64,000 bases of DNA from an uncultured delta proteobacterium (GCA_963794325.1 CAWCDG010000006.1:32001-96000), one strand, 5' to 3'; shown: positions 41,713-51,334, numbered from the stretch's first letter. The notes: a model not told the origin generated them from the sequence alone. Numbers and translations: made by a program.

Positions 41713-41770
41713 GGAAGCGTGAAACCCGCGGAGGGTTTCACATTTAATAAAGTGATTTACCCTTCCCGAT

Positions 41771-42049
41771 TCACCGCTGCGGGCCTTTCTTTCTCATCTC
41801 TTCGTCGCGGTAGCGTTTGTACAGAAGCGTCCATTCGTTGGAGCCTTCGACGATGCCGCGTTTGATCGAATTGATCTTGCGCCGCACGATCGCGTCGATC
41901 TCATCGCCCTGCTCGTTGAATTGGGCGACGATTTCGCGCGCCTGCCGGAGTGCGAGCGGGAAGTTTGAGATCTCGGCGAGTCCCTCATCGCGCAATTTTG
42001 CCAGCGACTCGCGCGCCAGGAACAGGACTCGTGCTTCGGTGAGCTTCAT
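41771..42049 (-). CDS. DUF507 family protein
   Basis: IDAIVRRKINSIKRGIVEGSNEWTLLYKRYRDEE. Confidence 0.75.
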   Translation of the reverse strand: MKLTEARVLFLARESLAKLRDEGLAEISNFPLALRQAREIVAQFNEQGDEIDAIVRRKINSIKRGIVEGSNEWTLLYKRYRDEEMRKKGPQR

Positions 42050-42052
42050 TTT

Positions 42053-42328
42053 TTAGAGCGTGAAGTTTTTCTTCTCAGCCAGGCGTTGGCGAATCAAGTT
42101 CCGGAGGCGCGTGACGTCGAGGCGTGTGTCGCGGCGCGCTTCTGCCTCCGCCATTTTGTCGGCCTCTTCGTCAATTTGCGCTTCGGTCTCGAAATTCTCC
42201 GACATCAGCTCAGTCACGCACGCGACCAGTTCCTTGACGTCGGCCTTGGGCTTGATAACGCCGCGATCGATCAGCCCGTTCACGAGATGCGTCGCGAGCG
42301 CGTCGATCTGAGCTTCTCGAATCGCCAT
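42053..42328 (-). CDS. DUF507 family protein
   Basis: EAQIDEEA..IRQRLAEKKNFTL; typical tandem pair. Confidence 0.7.
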   Translation of the reverse strand: MAIREAQIDALATHLVNGLIDRGVIKPKADVKELVACVTELMSENFETEAQIDEEADKMAEAEARRDTRLDVTRLRNLIRQRLAEKKNFTL

Positions 42329-42422
42329 ACGATTACAGCTTGACGGGATCGAGTGTGTTTTGTCAAAAGCGTTTCTGCGATCAGGCGAGGAATATCCGGT
42401 GTGTGTCGAATGAAAGCCGCCG

Positions 42423-42536
42423 ACCTAACCCCTAACCCCTTCCCATAGTGGGAAGGGGAACCGGAATGAAAAAATCGCTCGCTCCCATAACGCGATTGCT
42501 CCCCCTTTCCTCGAGGGAAGGGGCCGGGGGTTAGGT
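42423..42536. repeat. inverted pair of family-1 REP-like repeats
   Basis: 42423-42465 identical to 34486-34528; inverted degenerate copy at 42501-42536. Confidence 0.85.
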
Positions 42537-42564
42537 TGCTCGAATCCAGCGCCTCCCCGGCAGC

Positions 42565-43359
42565 TCAATGCGGGGGCTTCTTGGCGTTCTGCTTGTCCTG
42601 CTCTTCCTTGTAGACCTCGTCCATTTTTGGCTCGAGGGTCTCGTAGAATTCCTTGATATGGCCGATACTCGATCCGAGATCGCCGGGGAAGTAGCGCAGC
42701 AGCGAGGTCTGATCCGGGCGCGCCATGCCGGAGCGCGCGCATACTTCGATCTCGCCTGACGGATCGATCGAGATCCGGATGTCGTCCTCGAATTTGAAAA
42801 TCCGCGAGGTGTAGACGCATTCGAGGGTGTAGTTGCTCGGGCTGGATTTGACGATTCTCCATCCGCCGAGAGAATTGACGACGTCGGTGGAGAGTTGAAA
42901 CAGCTTCTCGCGCGAGATTCCCGGAAAGCTGCGGCGAATCAATTCAGGAAAGACGTCGTCGATCGGCGCGGGCTCCGCCTTCGACAGATCATTTCGCGTG
43001 TCTTGAATCCCGTCGGACGGTTCTTTCTTGACGCGCTTGTGCGGTGCGGCCGCGGCAGCAGTCGGCGGTGGCGCCGGCGGATTTTCCATCACGCAGGTCA
43101 CCGAGCCCGAGCCGGTCGCGCTGGCAGCGGCGGAGTTCTTGGTCAGGAACCGTTCGACCCGTTGCCCGAAGCCGGGCCGCTCGAAAATTGTTTCGTTGTT
43201 CAGGATCATCGTGATTCCCGCCGCGGCAATCCCCACCGCGATGAAAAAAACGGCGAGCCGGATGATCAGCCCGAGCAAGCGGCGCAGGATCGGAATGAAG
43301 ATGAATGCCGCGAGAACGACAACCGCAACGATGACTTCAACCGGCGTTAACCCCATCAT
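42565..43359 (-). CDS. membrane-anchored DUF1499-like protein
   Basis: Two N-terminal TMs; TSRIFKFEDDI..ARSG..GDLG. Confidence 0.65.
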   Translation of the reverse strand: MMGLTPVEVIVAVVVLAAFIFIPILRRLLGLIIRLAVFFIAVGIAAAGITMILNNETIFERPGFGQRVERFLTKNSAAASATGSGSVTCVMENPPAPPPTAAAAAPHKRVKKEPSDGIQDTRNDLSKAEPAPIDDVFPELIRRSFPGISREKLFQLSTDVVNSLGGWRIVKSSPSNYTLECVYTSRIFKFEDDIRISIDPSGEIEVCARSGMARPDQTSLLRYFPGDLGSSIGHIKEFYETLEPKMDEVYKEEQDKQNAKKPPH

Positions 43360-43444
43360 AAATTCCCGAGGGGAATCGTTAGCTGTTTATATGGCGGTGG
43401 CGCAAGTGGGTCGCGGATCGATCTGCGCCGATGGAGCCCAAAGA

Positions 43445-43527
43445 ACCTAACCCCTAACCCCTTCCCGAGCGGGAAGGGGGACCGGATTGTTGGGGGTAAC
43501 CTCTTCCCGAGCGGGAAGGGGAACCAG
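43445..43527. repeat. family-1 REP-like repeats (tandem)
   Basis: ACCTAACCCCTAACCCCTTCCCGAGCGGGAAGGGG, then CTTCCCGAGCGGGAAGGGGAACC. Confidence 0.8.
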
Positions 43528-43531
43528 TAAG

Positions 43532-43566
43532 AAAACCGGCGCGAACCTGATTCGGATCGCGCCGGT
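43532..43566 (-). terminator. probable terminator of the radical SAM gene
   Basis: ACCGGCGCGA/TCGCGCCGGT stem with T tail on the minus strand. Confidence 0.6.
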
Positions 43567-43603
43567 CATTCAGCAAGTTGTGAGATTTTTCGTTTTTCGT
43601 TGT

Positions 43604-45475
43604 TTACGCGGGGGCGCCGGCGAATCCCTCGGCGCCGTCGCCGCGGAGGATTGCGTCGAAGCGCTTGCCGCCGAGATAGAAGCGGCGCGCTTCGTCGTCG
43701 GTGACTGCGGCGCGGCGGACGTCGCGGCGGCGAATCGGCCAGATTCCGCCGACCATCGGATGCCGTCCCTGGCGATAGCTGAAGAAATAGTACGTGAACT
43801 GCCGGAGCACGCCCTTGCGCGCTTCCGCGTCGAGCCCTCGGCCGGCGCATACGGTGAACATCGTGTGCAGGAAGCGCGGGATCGAATAGAAGCCCGTGTA
43901 TGCGTCGCGATACGCGCCGAGCCAGCTCTCCTTGTCGAGCTTGTCATGCTTCAGCGTGACGTGCTGCGAGTCGAGCTGGTTGAAATCCCAATCGATGATG
44001 GCGCCTTCCTTGGTGAAGCGCACCTGGTCCTCGGTGCCCGGCAGCGGCGTCATGATGAAGAACGACACAATGTCGAAGCCGATTTTTTTCAGGGTCGCCG
44101 CGGCGACGCGTCCGCAATCGGGACCGTCGAACGGAAATCCCAGCATGTAGCCCGCATGCACCGAGACGCCGACCTTGTGCCAGTTCTCGACGACCCGCCG
44201 GTACTTGTCGATCACGTGCGCGCGCACCGCTTCGAGCTTGCCCTTGCCCTGGCGATCGTCGGTGTTCTGATACTTGGTCGCAAAGTTCAGGTTGTCGGGA
44301 TTGAGCGACTCGATCCCGACGAATGCCTGGTAGCATCCCGCGGCCGCGGCGAGCTCGGTGAAGCGCTTGCTCCGCCGATGCTTGGCGGTTTCGGTCTCGC
44401 CCTCGGCGACGTTCGCGTAGCATGACGCGTCGACGTCCACCTGCATCATGAAGGAGAGCTTCGGATACTCCTTCTTCACTTCGACCAGCCCGGTGAGAAT
44501 TTCTTCCCATCGCGGCGATCGGAAAAAGTCGTCATCAACCAGGAACAGCGACTCGATGCCGTGATGCCGGCATGCGTCGCGCACCCAGCTCACCACCGCG
44601 TCCGGCTCGCGCGAGCGCATCGTGCGGCCCATCACGTTCTTCACGCTGCAGTACGAGCATGTGAACGGGCATCCGCGCGAGGTGTCGAGCGTGGTCATGG
44701 TGTCGTTGAAAAATCGCGTGAGATAACGATCGTCGAGTACCGGCAGCAGCGACTCGGTGATCAGCGGAACGATAATGTCTTCCTGGCCGGTCTTGGCACG
44801 AATTCCCTGCGTGACCGTGTAGTGGAGGCGCAGCTCTCCACGTAGGAAGTCCTCGACGATATCGCCCCAAATATTTTCGGCCTCGCCGACCACGGTCGTG
44901 ACGCCGCATTCGTTCAGGAACTTGCACGAGTCGGGAAAGCCGCTGACGTGGAAGCCGCCCATCATCGTGGGGACGCCCTCGGCGACGAACTGAAGCGCGA
45001 GATCGCGTCCGCGCGGATACTGATTCGATTGCACGCCTGCCAGTCCAATCAGGAGCTCGACGCCGTCTTCGCGTGCCTTGTCTTTAATCGCCGTGATTGT
45101 CTCGGGGCTGACTATGCCGTCGCAGATCTCGTCCCAAATGACCGTCTCGAGCCGGACATTGCGCTCGACTGCGTAGCGCTTGTTGAAGGCCTCGTTCAGC
45201 GCCGTCATCACGGTCAAAGTGTTGTTTGGCTGGACGCCGTAGCGGAAATATTGGACAAAGCCGTCCTCGTCGTATCGGGAGGGCTTGATGAAATAGACGC
45301 GGATAGTACGACAAGGCTCGGGCTTCATCGCCGTGTCTGCGGTTGCCCCCTCGCGTGCAGTCAGCTGAAGCTTTGCGCCCGGACGGTCGCTGCCGTAGCG
45401 ATTAGTCCCCAACAACCAGTATAGGACGCTCGCCGCGAAGACGAGGAATGCGCCAAGAAATACAAGAAATACCAT
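43604..45475 (-). CDS. radical SAM protein (B12-binding-like N-domain) with N-terminal membrane anchor
   Basis: TSRGCPFTCSYC, FLVDDDF, VGIES, TPLPGT. Confidence 0.85.
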   Translation of the reverse strand: MVFLVFLGAFLVFAASVLYWLLGTNRYGSDRPGAKLQLTAREGATADTAMKPEPCRTIRVYFIKPSRYDEDGFVQYFRYGVQPNNTLTVMTALNEAFNKRYAVERNVRLETVIWDEICDGIVSPETITAIKDKAREDGVELLIGLAGVQSNQYPRGRDLALQFVAEGVPTMMGGFHVSGFPDSCKFLNECGVTTVVGEAENIWGDIVEDFLRGELRLHYTVTQGIRAKTGQEDIIVPLITESLLPVLDDRYLTRFFNDTMTTLDTSRGCPFTCSYCSVKNVMGRTMRSREPDAVVSWVRDACRHHGIESLFLVDDDFFRSPRWEEILTGLVEVKKEYPKLSFMMQVDVDASCYANVAEGETETAKHRRSKRFTELAAAAGCYQAFVGIESLNPDNLNFATKYQNTDDRQGKGKLEAVRAHVIDKYRRVVENWHKVGVSVHAGYMLGFPFDGPDCGRVAAATLKKIGFDIVSFFIMTPLPGTEDQVRFTKEGAIIDWDFNQLDSQHVTLKHDKLDKESWLGAYRDAYTGFYSIPRFLHTMFTVCAGRGLDAEARKGVLRQFTYYFFSYRQGRHPMVGGIWPIRRRDVRRAAVTDDEARRFYLGGKRFDAILRGDGAEGFAGAPA

Positions 45476-45673
45476 AACTAGATCCTCTGCTTTTGGTTCC
45501 TAACCCCTGCAACCCAACCTGCCCATTATACCCGAACGTGGGGGGAAGTATCTAACCGCTCGGTCAGACACCAGTAAACAAATCCCAAACAGGAAAGTCA
45601 ACCCGTCATGATTGGACCACGCTTATAGCTCGAATGTCCAGAAATTAGTCGAGATAATCGGTACTGGGGGTAC

Positions 45674-45732
45674 CTAGCGGTACATTTCGACTAGATTGAT
45701 TAAGCCGAGGTCGCGGTAGCGCTCCTACCAGG
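45674..45732 (-). repeat. recoded duplicate of the ptsP 3' end (direct repeat of 46016-46073)
   Basis: Encodes ERYRDLGLINLVEMYR* with synonymous changes relative to the gene copy. Confidence 0.85.
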
Positions 45733-45798
45733 TTAGCTGACGATGCGATCATATTGGCTGTGATCGCCGATCCAGAACGGAGATGCGAAGTGCCTCAA
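45733..45798 (-). pseudogene. internally deleted RelE/ParE-like toxin
   Basis: MRHFASP-FWIGDHSQYDRIVS*: looks like the N- and C-termini only; TTG overlaps the antitoxin TGA. Confidence 0.65.
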
Positions 45799-45995
45799 AA
45801 CTCAGTGAATTTGCCCACCGCATGGGCGCGAAGGGCTTCATCGGCAAGTGAGTCGAGTTTCCCCTCTTTTGCGTCCCGCTCGATCTGGCGATCCCATGCA
45901 GCTGCATCAAACTCAGCGAACCACTGCCGAAACTTTGTAAGTTCCTCCGCGGAGAGACCGGAGACTTTCTTCTCGATGGCTTCGAGTTTACTCAT
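45795..45995 (-). CDS. putative antitoxin
   Basis: LSAEELTKFRQWFAEFD..WDRQIERDAKEGKLDSLADEAL, a family usually paired with ParE-like toxins. Confidence 0.75.
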   Translation of the reverse strand: MSKLEAIEKKVSGLSAEELTKFRQWFAEFDAAAWDRQIERDAKEGKLDSLADEALRAHAVGKFTEF

Positions 45996-46015
45996 TGAAG
46001 AGACGATACCACCTT

Positions 46016-48391
46016 CTAGCGGTACATTTCGACGAGGTTGATCAGGCCGAGGTCGCGATAGCGCTCGACCAGGTACCCCTTGATTTCCTGTACGCTGGCC
46101 ATCTGGAGGGTCTCGCGTGCTATCAGGCGGGCGGTCTGGTAATCGACCTCGCGAATGACCTTGCGCACGACCGGGATGAACAGCGGGCTCAAGCTCAGCT
46201 CGTCGAGGCCCATACCGACCAACAGGAGCGTCGCGAGCGGGTCGCTGGCCATCTCACCGCAGAGGCAAACCTCCTTGTCGGCGGCGCGCGCGACGTTGAC
46301 GACCTCGGCGATCGCGGAAATCACCGCAGGATGGAGCGCCTCGTACAGGTGCGCGACCTTGGGATTGTTACGGTCGGCAGCAAGCAGGTACTGGATGAGA
46401 TCGTTGGTGCCGACCGAGAAGAAATCGACCTCGCGCGCGAGCCGCGGTGCGAGCCACACCGCCGACGGTACCTCGACCATGATTCCGACTTCGATGTTGG
46501 GGTTGTGCTCGAGGCCTTCCTTGAACAGCTCGGCCTGCGACTCGGCCAGCAATTCCTTGGCGCGGCGCAATTCCTCGAGGCTCGAGATCATCGGGAACAT
46601 GATGCGCACGTTGTGCTTGGCGGCGGCGCGAAGAATCGCGCGGAGCTGAACCTTGAACAGCCCCGACATTTCCAACGAAATACGGATCGAACGCCAGCCG
46701 AGGAATGGGTTGTCCTCGCGCGGGACTCGCATGTACGGCGGATACTTGTCGGCGCCGATATCGAGCGTGCGAATCGTGACCGGGCGCTTGCCGAGCGTCT
46801 CGAGCATCTTGCTGTAGAGCGCGAGCTGCTGCGTCTCGTCGGGGAAGTCCTCGTAGGTCAGGAACGAAAATTCCGATCGCAGCAGGCCGACGCCCTCGGC
46901 CCCGTAGCGTAGTGCGAGGTGGATATCGGCGAGCAGCGCGATGTTGGCGAGCATCATCACGCGATGGCCGTCGCGGGTCGCGGTGGGGGCGTTGCCCTCC
47001 TCGATGAGTTCCTTCTTGAAGGCCTCGTAACGGCGCGACAGGCTGACGTAGTCGCGCTCGATCTCCGTGCCTGGATTGACGTAAACGACACCGGCGTTGC
47101 CGTCGAGCACCAGCTGATCGCCCTCGACCACCGATTCCATCAGATGCTCGACGCCGACTACGGTCGGGATTTCGAATGCTCGCGCCAGGATCGCCGCATG
47201 CGAGGTGACGCCGCCGGATTGGAGCGCGATACCGGCGAGCCGGTCGTGACTGACCATCGTCAACTGCGACAGCGTGAGCTCCTCGGCCACGATAATCGTC
47301 GGCTTGCTGAAGGGCGCGCGCTTTTCCTCCTGCCGCAGATGACGCAGCACGCGATGACCGACGTCGCGGAAGTCGGTGGCGCGCTCGCGCAGGTAGTTGT
47401 CCGCGACCGCGAGCATCGAGGCGCTGAGTTCCTCGATCACGCGGAACAGCGCGCTCTCGGCAGTGTAGCCGTTGGCGATCGTGTCGCGGATGCGGCCGAC
47501 GAACTCCTCGTCCTCGAGAATCATGCGATGACCGTCGAAGATTTTCAGGTCCGACTCGGGCATCAGCGGTTCCATCCGGATGCGCAGCGTGGCCAGCTCG
47601 GACAGCGAACGCGAAAGGGCTTCCTCGAACCGCTTGCTCTCGACTTTGGGGTCGCGCGACTTCTGATGCCGATCGACACTGCTCAGAAATGTCCCGACGA
47701 CGTGCGCGTTGCCCTGTGCAAATCCGGGTGACGCTGACAGTCCTGCCAGCCGCGGGCGGCGAATCTTGGCCGGCGGAGCGTGACGCGTCTTGCCGCCGAC
47801 CTTCTCGTAATCCTTGAGCTGGCGGTTCGCCTCGATCATCCGGCGCTTGTACTCGAGCCGCTCTTTTTCCTTGGTGACGAGCGATTCGCGCAGCCTGAAA
47901 TGAGAAAGAATTTGCGCGACCTGATTGGCGGCGGTGCTCAGCAGACGGATTTCGCTCTTGTTGAACTTGCGCCGCTCGAGCGTCTGCGCGACCAGCACCC
48001 CGAGCGGCTTCTTGCGCCCGTCATGAACCGGCACGCCGAGAAAAGTATGATAGCGTTCCTCGCCGGTCTCCGGAAAATACTTGTAGCGCTGATGGCTGAT
48101 GGCGTCCGGCACGTAAACCGGTTCGTCTTTTTCCAGCACCAAGCCGACCAGGCCCTCGTTCAGGCGCATCGAAACCTTGCCGACCGATTCGCGATCGAGC
48201 CCGACGGTGGCGCGCAGCACGATTCGCTCGCGCTGCGGATCGAAGAGGTAGAGCGAACAGACCTCGGCCTCCATCCCGCCGGCAATCGCGAAGGCAACGC
48301 GGTCGAGCGTCTCGCGCAGGTCGTCAGAATGCTCGCCGCCAATAGACGAAAGATGCTCGATTAGAGCGAGGCGATCCTTGTTAGCACTCAT
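46016..48391 (-). CDS. ptsP: GAF-domain phosphoenolpyruvate-protein phosphotransferase (EI-Ntr)
   Basis: N-terminal GAF, GGVTSHAAI (phospho-His), GVGLLRSEF, DFFSVGTNDL, LCGEMA. Confidence 0.93.
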   Translation of the reverse strand: MSANKDRLALIEHLSSIGGEHSDDLRETLDRVAFAIAGGMEAEVCSLYLFDPQRERIVLRATVGLDRESVGKVSMRLNEGLVGLVLEKDEPVYVPDAISHQRYKYFPETGEERYHTFLGVPVHDGRKKPLGVLVAQTLERRKFNKSEIRLLSTAANQVAQILSHFRLRESLVTKEKERLEYKRRMIEANRQLKDYEKVGGKTRHAPPAKIRRPRLAGLSASPGFAQGNAHVVGTFLSSVDRHQKSRDPKVESKRFEEALSRSLSELATLRIRMEPLMPESDLKIFDGHRMILEDEEFVGRIRDTIANGYTAESALFRVIEELSASMLAVADNYLRERATDFRDVGHRVLRHLRQEEKRAPFSKPTIIVAEELTLSQLTMVSHDRLAGIALQSGGVTSHAAILARAFEIPTVVGVEHLMESVVEGDQLVLDGNAGVVYVNPGTEIERDYVSLSRRYEAFKKELIEEGNAPTATRDGHRVMMLANIALLADIHLALRYGAEGVGLLRSEFSFLTYEDFPDETQQLALYSKMLETLGKRPVTIRTLDIGADKYPPYMRVPREDNPFLGWRSIRISLEMSGLFKVQLRAILRAAAKHNVRIMFPMISSLEELRRAKELLAESQAELFKEGLEHNPNIEVGIMVEVPSAVWLAPRLAREVDFFSVGTNDLIQYLLAADRNNPKVAHLYEALHPAVISAIAEVVNVARAADKEVCLCGEMASDPLATLLLVGMGLDELSLSPLFIPVVRKVIREVDYQTARLIARETLQMASVQEIKGYLVERYRDLGLINLVEMYR

Positions 48392-48514
48392 TGATAAGGT
48401 CTCAGCAGCGGCGCAGAAATTTTATCGGATCGAGAGCGTCGCGGACAATGCCGCGGGTTGAATATCTCAGAGACTAACGAGTTGAGTTGCCGTTGGATGG
48501 TCCTTCGTGTGGTT

Positions 48515-48660
48515 CCCTCGCCCACGCGGGGAGAGGGTTAGGGTGAGGGACATCTGTGCGGCGCGAATGTCTGGTGCGCCGCGCATTTGGGAACTTCGGA
48601 AAATTCGGTCCCTCACCCGCCGCCCGAAGACGAGCGGCGACCTCTCCCCTCGTAGGGCGA
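48515..48660. repeat. inverted pair of family-2 REP-like repeats
   Basis: CCCTCGCCC..GGGGAGAGGGTTAGGGTGAGGG and TCCCTCACCCG..CCTCTCCCCTCGTAGGGCGAG. Confidence 0.75.
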
Positions 48661-48803
48661 GACAACGCAAAAGGATATCGCTTGATCCGCATCGCGAACG
48701 AGAAACCACGACGCTATGTATTTGCCGCGGGGCTCATTTCCTTTCAAAATTCAACGTGGGCGAAATGAAAGGAAACCGCTTTTATTTCGTGGGCTTCTGT
48801 GTG

Positions 48804-49544
48804 TCAATTGGCGGGCTGTGTCAGCTCGAATGGCACGAGCGCGCTCTTCAGCAGGCCACGGCCGGCGCGACATCGGCGCAATCGAATCGCATCGATCAGG
48901 CCGCGCTCATCCTTGATTGGGCCGTCGAGCAGCGTCGTCACGCATCCTACTGAGCCTGCGGAATGCGAGTCCGAACCAGCGACCTCGGCAATCCCGAGAT
49001 GCCGCGCGACCTTCAGCGCGAAGACGTTCTCATCCTCGCCGCATGCGCCGTTCAGCACTTCGATGGCGTCGACCAGTTCGAAGATTCTGAGCTTGGCCGC
49101 GCGATCGGGATACGTCGGATCGATCGGTTCCGAATCCGGGTTGATGAACGAAAAACGCGGGTCGAGCTTGTAGCGGAACGGATGATTTGCGATCAGGATT
49201 CCGCCTTCGAGATCGATCACGCGCCGCAGCTCGGCCAGCTTGTAGATTCCGCCGACGTACCGCTCCAGCCCGAACGCGCCGACGTGTCCCATGTCGGTCG
49301 TCACTTCCATCCCGCGCAGAAAGATCACGCCCGAGTCGCCGGCCATCGCGGCGATCTCACGCGAGTCCCACATATTGTCGTGCTCGGTGATGCAGACCGC
49401 GCCGATTCCGATCGCACGCGCGCGCTCGACGAGGTCCTTCGGCGCCAGGTTCGAATCCGAGCTGCCACGATTGGTATGGAGATGCAGGTCTACGCTGAAG
49501 TAGGGCCCCGCCAGCTGCGGGTGCCCGCTTCGTGAATCCGCCAT
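48804..49544 (-). CDS. PHP-domain metal-dependent phosphoesterase
   Basis: DLHLHT, ITEHD, GMEVTTDMGH, NHP, GSDSH. Confidence 0.88.
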   Translation of the reverse strand: MADSRSGHPQLAGPYFSVDLHLHTNRGSSDSNLAPKDLVERARAIGIGAVCITEHDNMWDSREIAAMAGDSGVIFLRGMEVTTDMGHVGAFGLERYVGGIYKLAELRRVIDLEGGILIANHPFRYKLDPRFSFINPDSEPIDPTYPDRAAKLRIFELVDAIEVLNGACGEDENVFALKVARHLGIAEVAGSDSHSAGSVGCVTTLLDGPIKDERGLIDAIRLRRCRAGRGLLKSALVPFELTQPAN

Positions 49545-49560
49545 TTGCGACGCGCCGCGA

Positions 49561-50115
49561 CTACTTGGGCGGCTCCTTGGCCAGCGTGATTTTCTTCATG
49601 TGGTCGCCCTTCTGAATCTGATCGACCGCGTCCATCCCCTTAATCACACCACCGAAAACGGTGTACGCGCCGTCAAGACTCGGCTGCGGCTGGAGACAGA
49701 TGTAGAACTGGCTGCCACTCGACTCGCGTTTCGGATTCACTTCGTCACCCTGGCGCGCGGTCGCGACACTGCCGCGCAGATGCTTCTCCTTGATCTCGGC
49801 AGGGACGGTGTATCCGGGGCCGCCTGCGCCGGTGCCGTCAGGATCGCCGCCCTGGATCACGAAGTCCGGCACGACGCGATGCCACGTCAGGCCGTTGTAG
49901 AAGCCCTTGTTCACCAGCGTCTCGAAATTCGCCACCGTCTTGGGCGCGGATTCGGGGTACAGCTCGATGACGATAGTACCGCGTTCGGTCTCGATAATTG
50001 CGTAATGGCCTGTGTTTCTCACTGGAAGTCCATCCGTTGCGCCTTTGCAGGCCGAAGCGAGCACGAGCATCGCCACGACGGCAAGGCACGACATTTTAAG
50101 GGAGTTGAGTTTCAT
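49561..50115 (-). CDS. cyclophilin-type peptidyl-prolyl cis-trans isomerase (lipoprotein)
   Basis: APKTVANF, WHRVVPDFVIQGGDP, SGSQFYI; LASAC lipobox. Confidence 0.92.
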   Translation of the reverse strand: MKLNSLKMSCLAVVAMLVLASACKGATDGLPVRNTGHYAIIETERGTIVIELYPESAPKTVANFETLVNKGFYNGLTWHRVVPDFVIQGGDPDGTGAGGPGYTVPAEIKEKHLRGSVATARQGDEVNPKRESSGSQFYICLQPQPSLDGAYTVFGGVIKGMDAVDQIQKGDHMKKITLAKEPPK

Positions 50116-50280
50116 TTTATTCCACTCGCATTCGCACGAACAGTCAAAGGTCCATGCAGGTTAGTCCGACAGTCCTGTATGGAAGTATTCGAGGCGTTGC
50201 CAATCCGCAAGTGATTTCGTGATCTCCTTGAAAGCCCTCTAAGGGGCGCTGCGCGGTCTCAAAAACCGGAACCGGCTTCG

Positions 50281-50408
50281 CGTGCGCGAAGCTGTCCGAG
50301 GCCCTTCCTCCCGTCGCTAACGCTCCCGTCGTCAGGGTGACACAAAGCGCGAAGTTGTCCGGAAATCTCCTTCCTGCCGCTCGCGTTGCTCGCTTCGTCA
50401 GGATGACA
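50281..50408. repeat. tandem degenerate TGTCAYCCTGA-type repeat (family 4)
   Basis: Minus strand has two ~62-66 bp units: TGTCAYCCTGACGA..AGGAAGG..CGGACARCTTCGCGC. Confidence 0.65.
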
Positions 50409-51186
50409 CAATGAACTTCGCGACTGACGCCGCGAGCTTCGCGGGCTCCTCCAGCGGCATCATGTGCGCTCCCCCTTCGACGAGATGGATCTTGGCGCCG
50501 GGAATCCCTTTGCGGAATTCGTCGGCATAAACCGCCGGCAGGAGCTTGTCGTCCTTGCCCCACACGATCAGCGTCGGCGCTGCGATTCGATGCAGCCGTT
50601 TGCGCAATCCCTTGTCCGGTATCGGCCACATGAACTTGCCGGTGCATCCGAGCGCCCACGTGATTCGAATGAAACCCTGCTGATCCTCGGGGTTCAGCGT
50701 GATCCGTTTCAATGACGGATGATGCTGATCCTTGAACAACAGCGCCGGCAGATCGGTCTGCGGCGTCACGATGTAATTGCGAATCGGCGAGTCGTCGCGC
50801 CACAGCCCGAGCGGACTTATCAGCACCAGCTTGCCGACGCGCGTCGGATCGGTCGCCGCAATTTCACCCGCGATCATCCCGCCGAACGAATGCCCGACCA
50901 CCGCCGGCGACTTGAGCCCGAGCTTGTCGAACAAGTCGTAGTAGTAGAGGACGAGATCCCACATATCGTCGAGCGCCTTGTAGGAGTCCTCGTCGCCCGC
51001 CGTGATCCCGGGATGCTCGGGCGCATACACGGTGAAGCTCTTCGCCAGCTCGTCGAGCAGCTCAGTCTCGATCGGCCCATAACCGCCGTGCAGATAGACC
51101 ACCGGCGGCCCATTGCCAAGAATCCTGACCTTGGGATGAACCTTGTCGCCCCACACGCTAACCGTCTTATCTTTTGCAGTCGCCAT
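50398..51186 (-). CDS. alpha/beta-fold hydrolase
   Basis: YLHGG, GHSFGG, WGKDD, GAH. Confidence 0.88.
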   Translation of the reverse strand: MATAKDKTVSVWGDKVHPKVRILGNGPPVVYLHGGYGPIETELLDELAKSFTVYAPEHPGITAGDEDSYKALDDMWDLVLYYYDLFDKLGLKSPAVVGHSFGGMIAGEIAATDPTRVGKLVLISPLGLWRDDSPIRNYIVTPQTDLPALLFKDQHHPSLKRITLNPEDQQGFIRITWALGCTGKFMWPIPDKGLRKRLHRIAAPTLIVWGKDDKLLPAVYADEFRKGIPGAKIHLVEGGAHMMPLEEPAKLAASVAKFIVSS

Positions 51187-51211
51187 ATCAGTCCTCTGGT
51201 CGATCCGTACG

Positions 51212-51324
51212 ACCTAACCCCTAGCCCCTTCCCATAGTGGGAAGGGGAACCGGATTTGGGAGAGTCGAGCCACCGCCGTCCTCATTGGGTGCAGGGGTCA
51301 CCCCTGCCGCCCGCCGCGCAGGCG
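51212..51324. repeat. family-1 repeat (51212-51254) plus family-3 repeat (51286-51324)
   Basis: Family-1 copy differs by one base from 42423; family-3 copy identical to the reverse complement of 63945-63983. Confidence 0.85.
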
Positions 51325-51334
51325 ATTATTCTCC

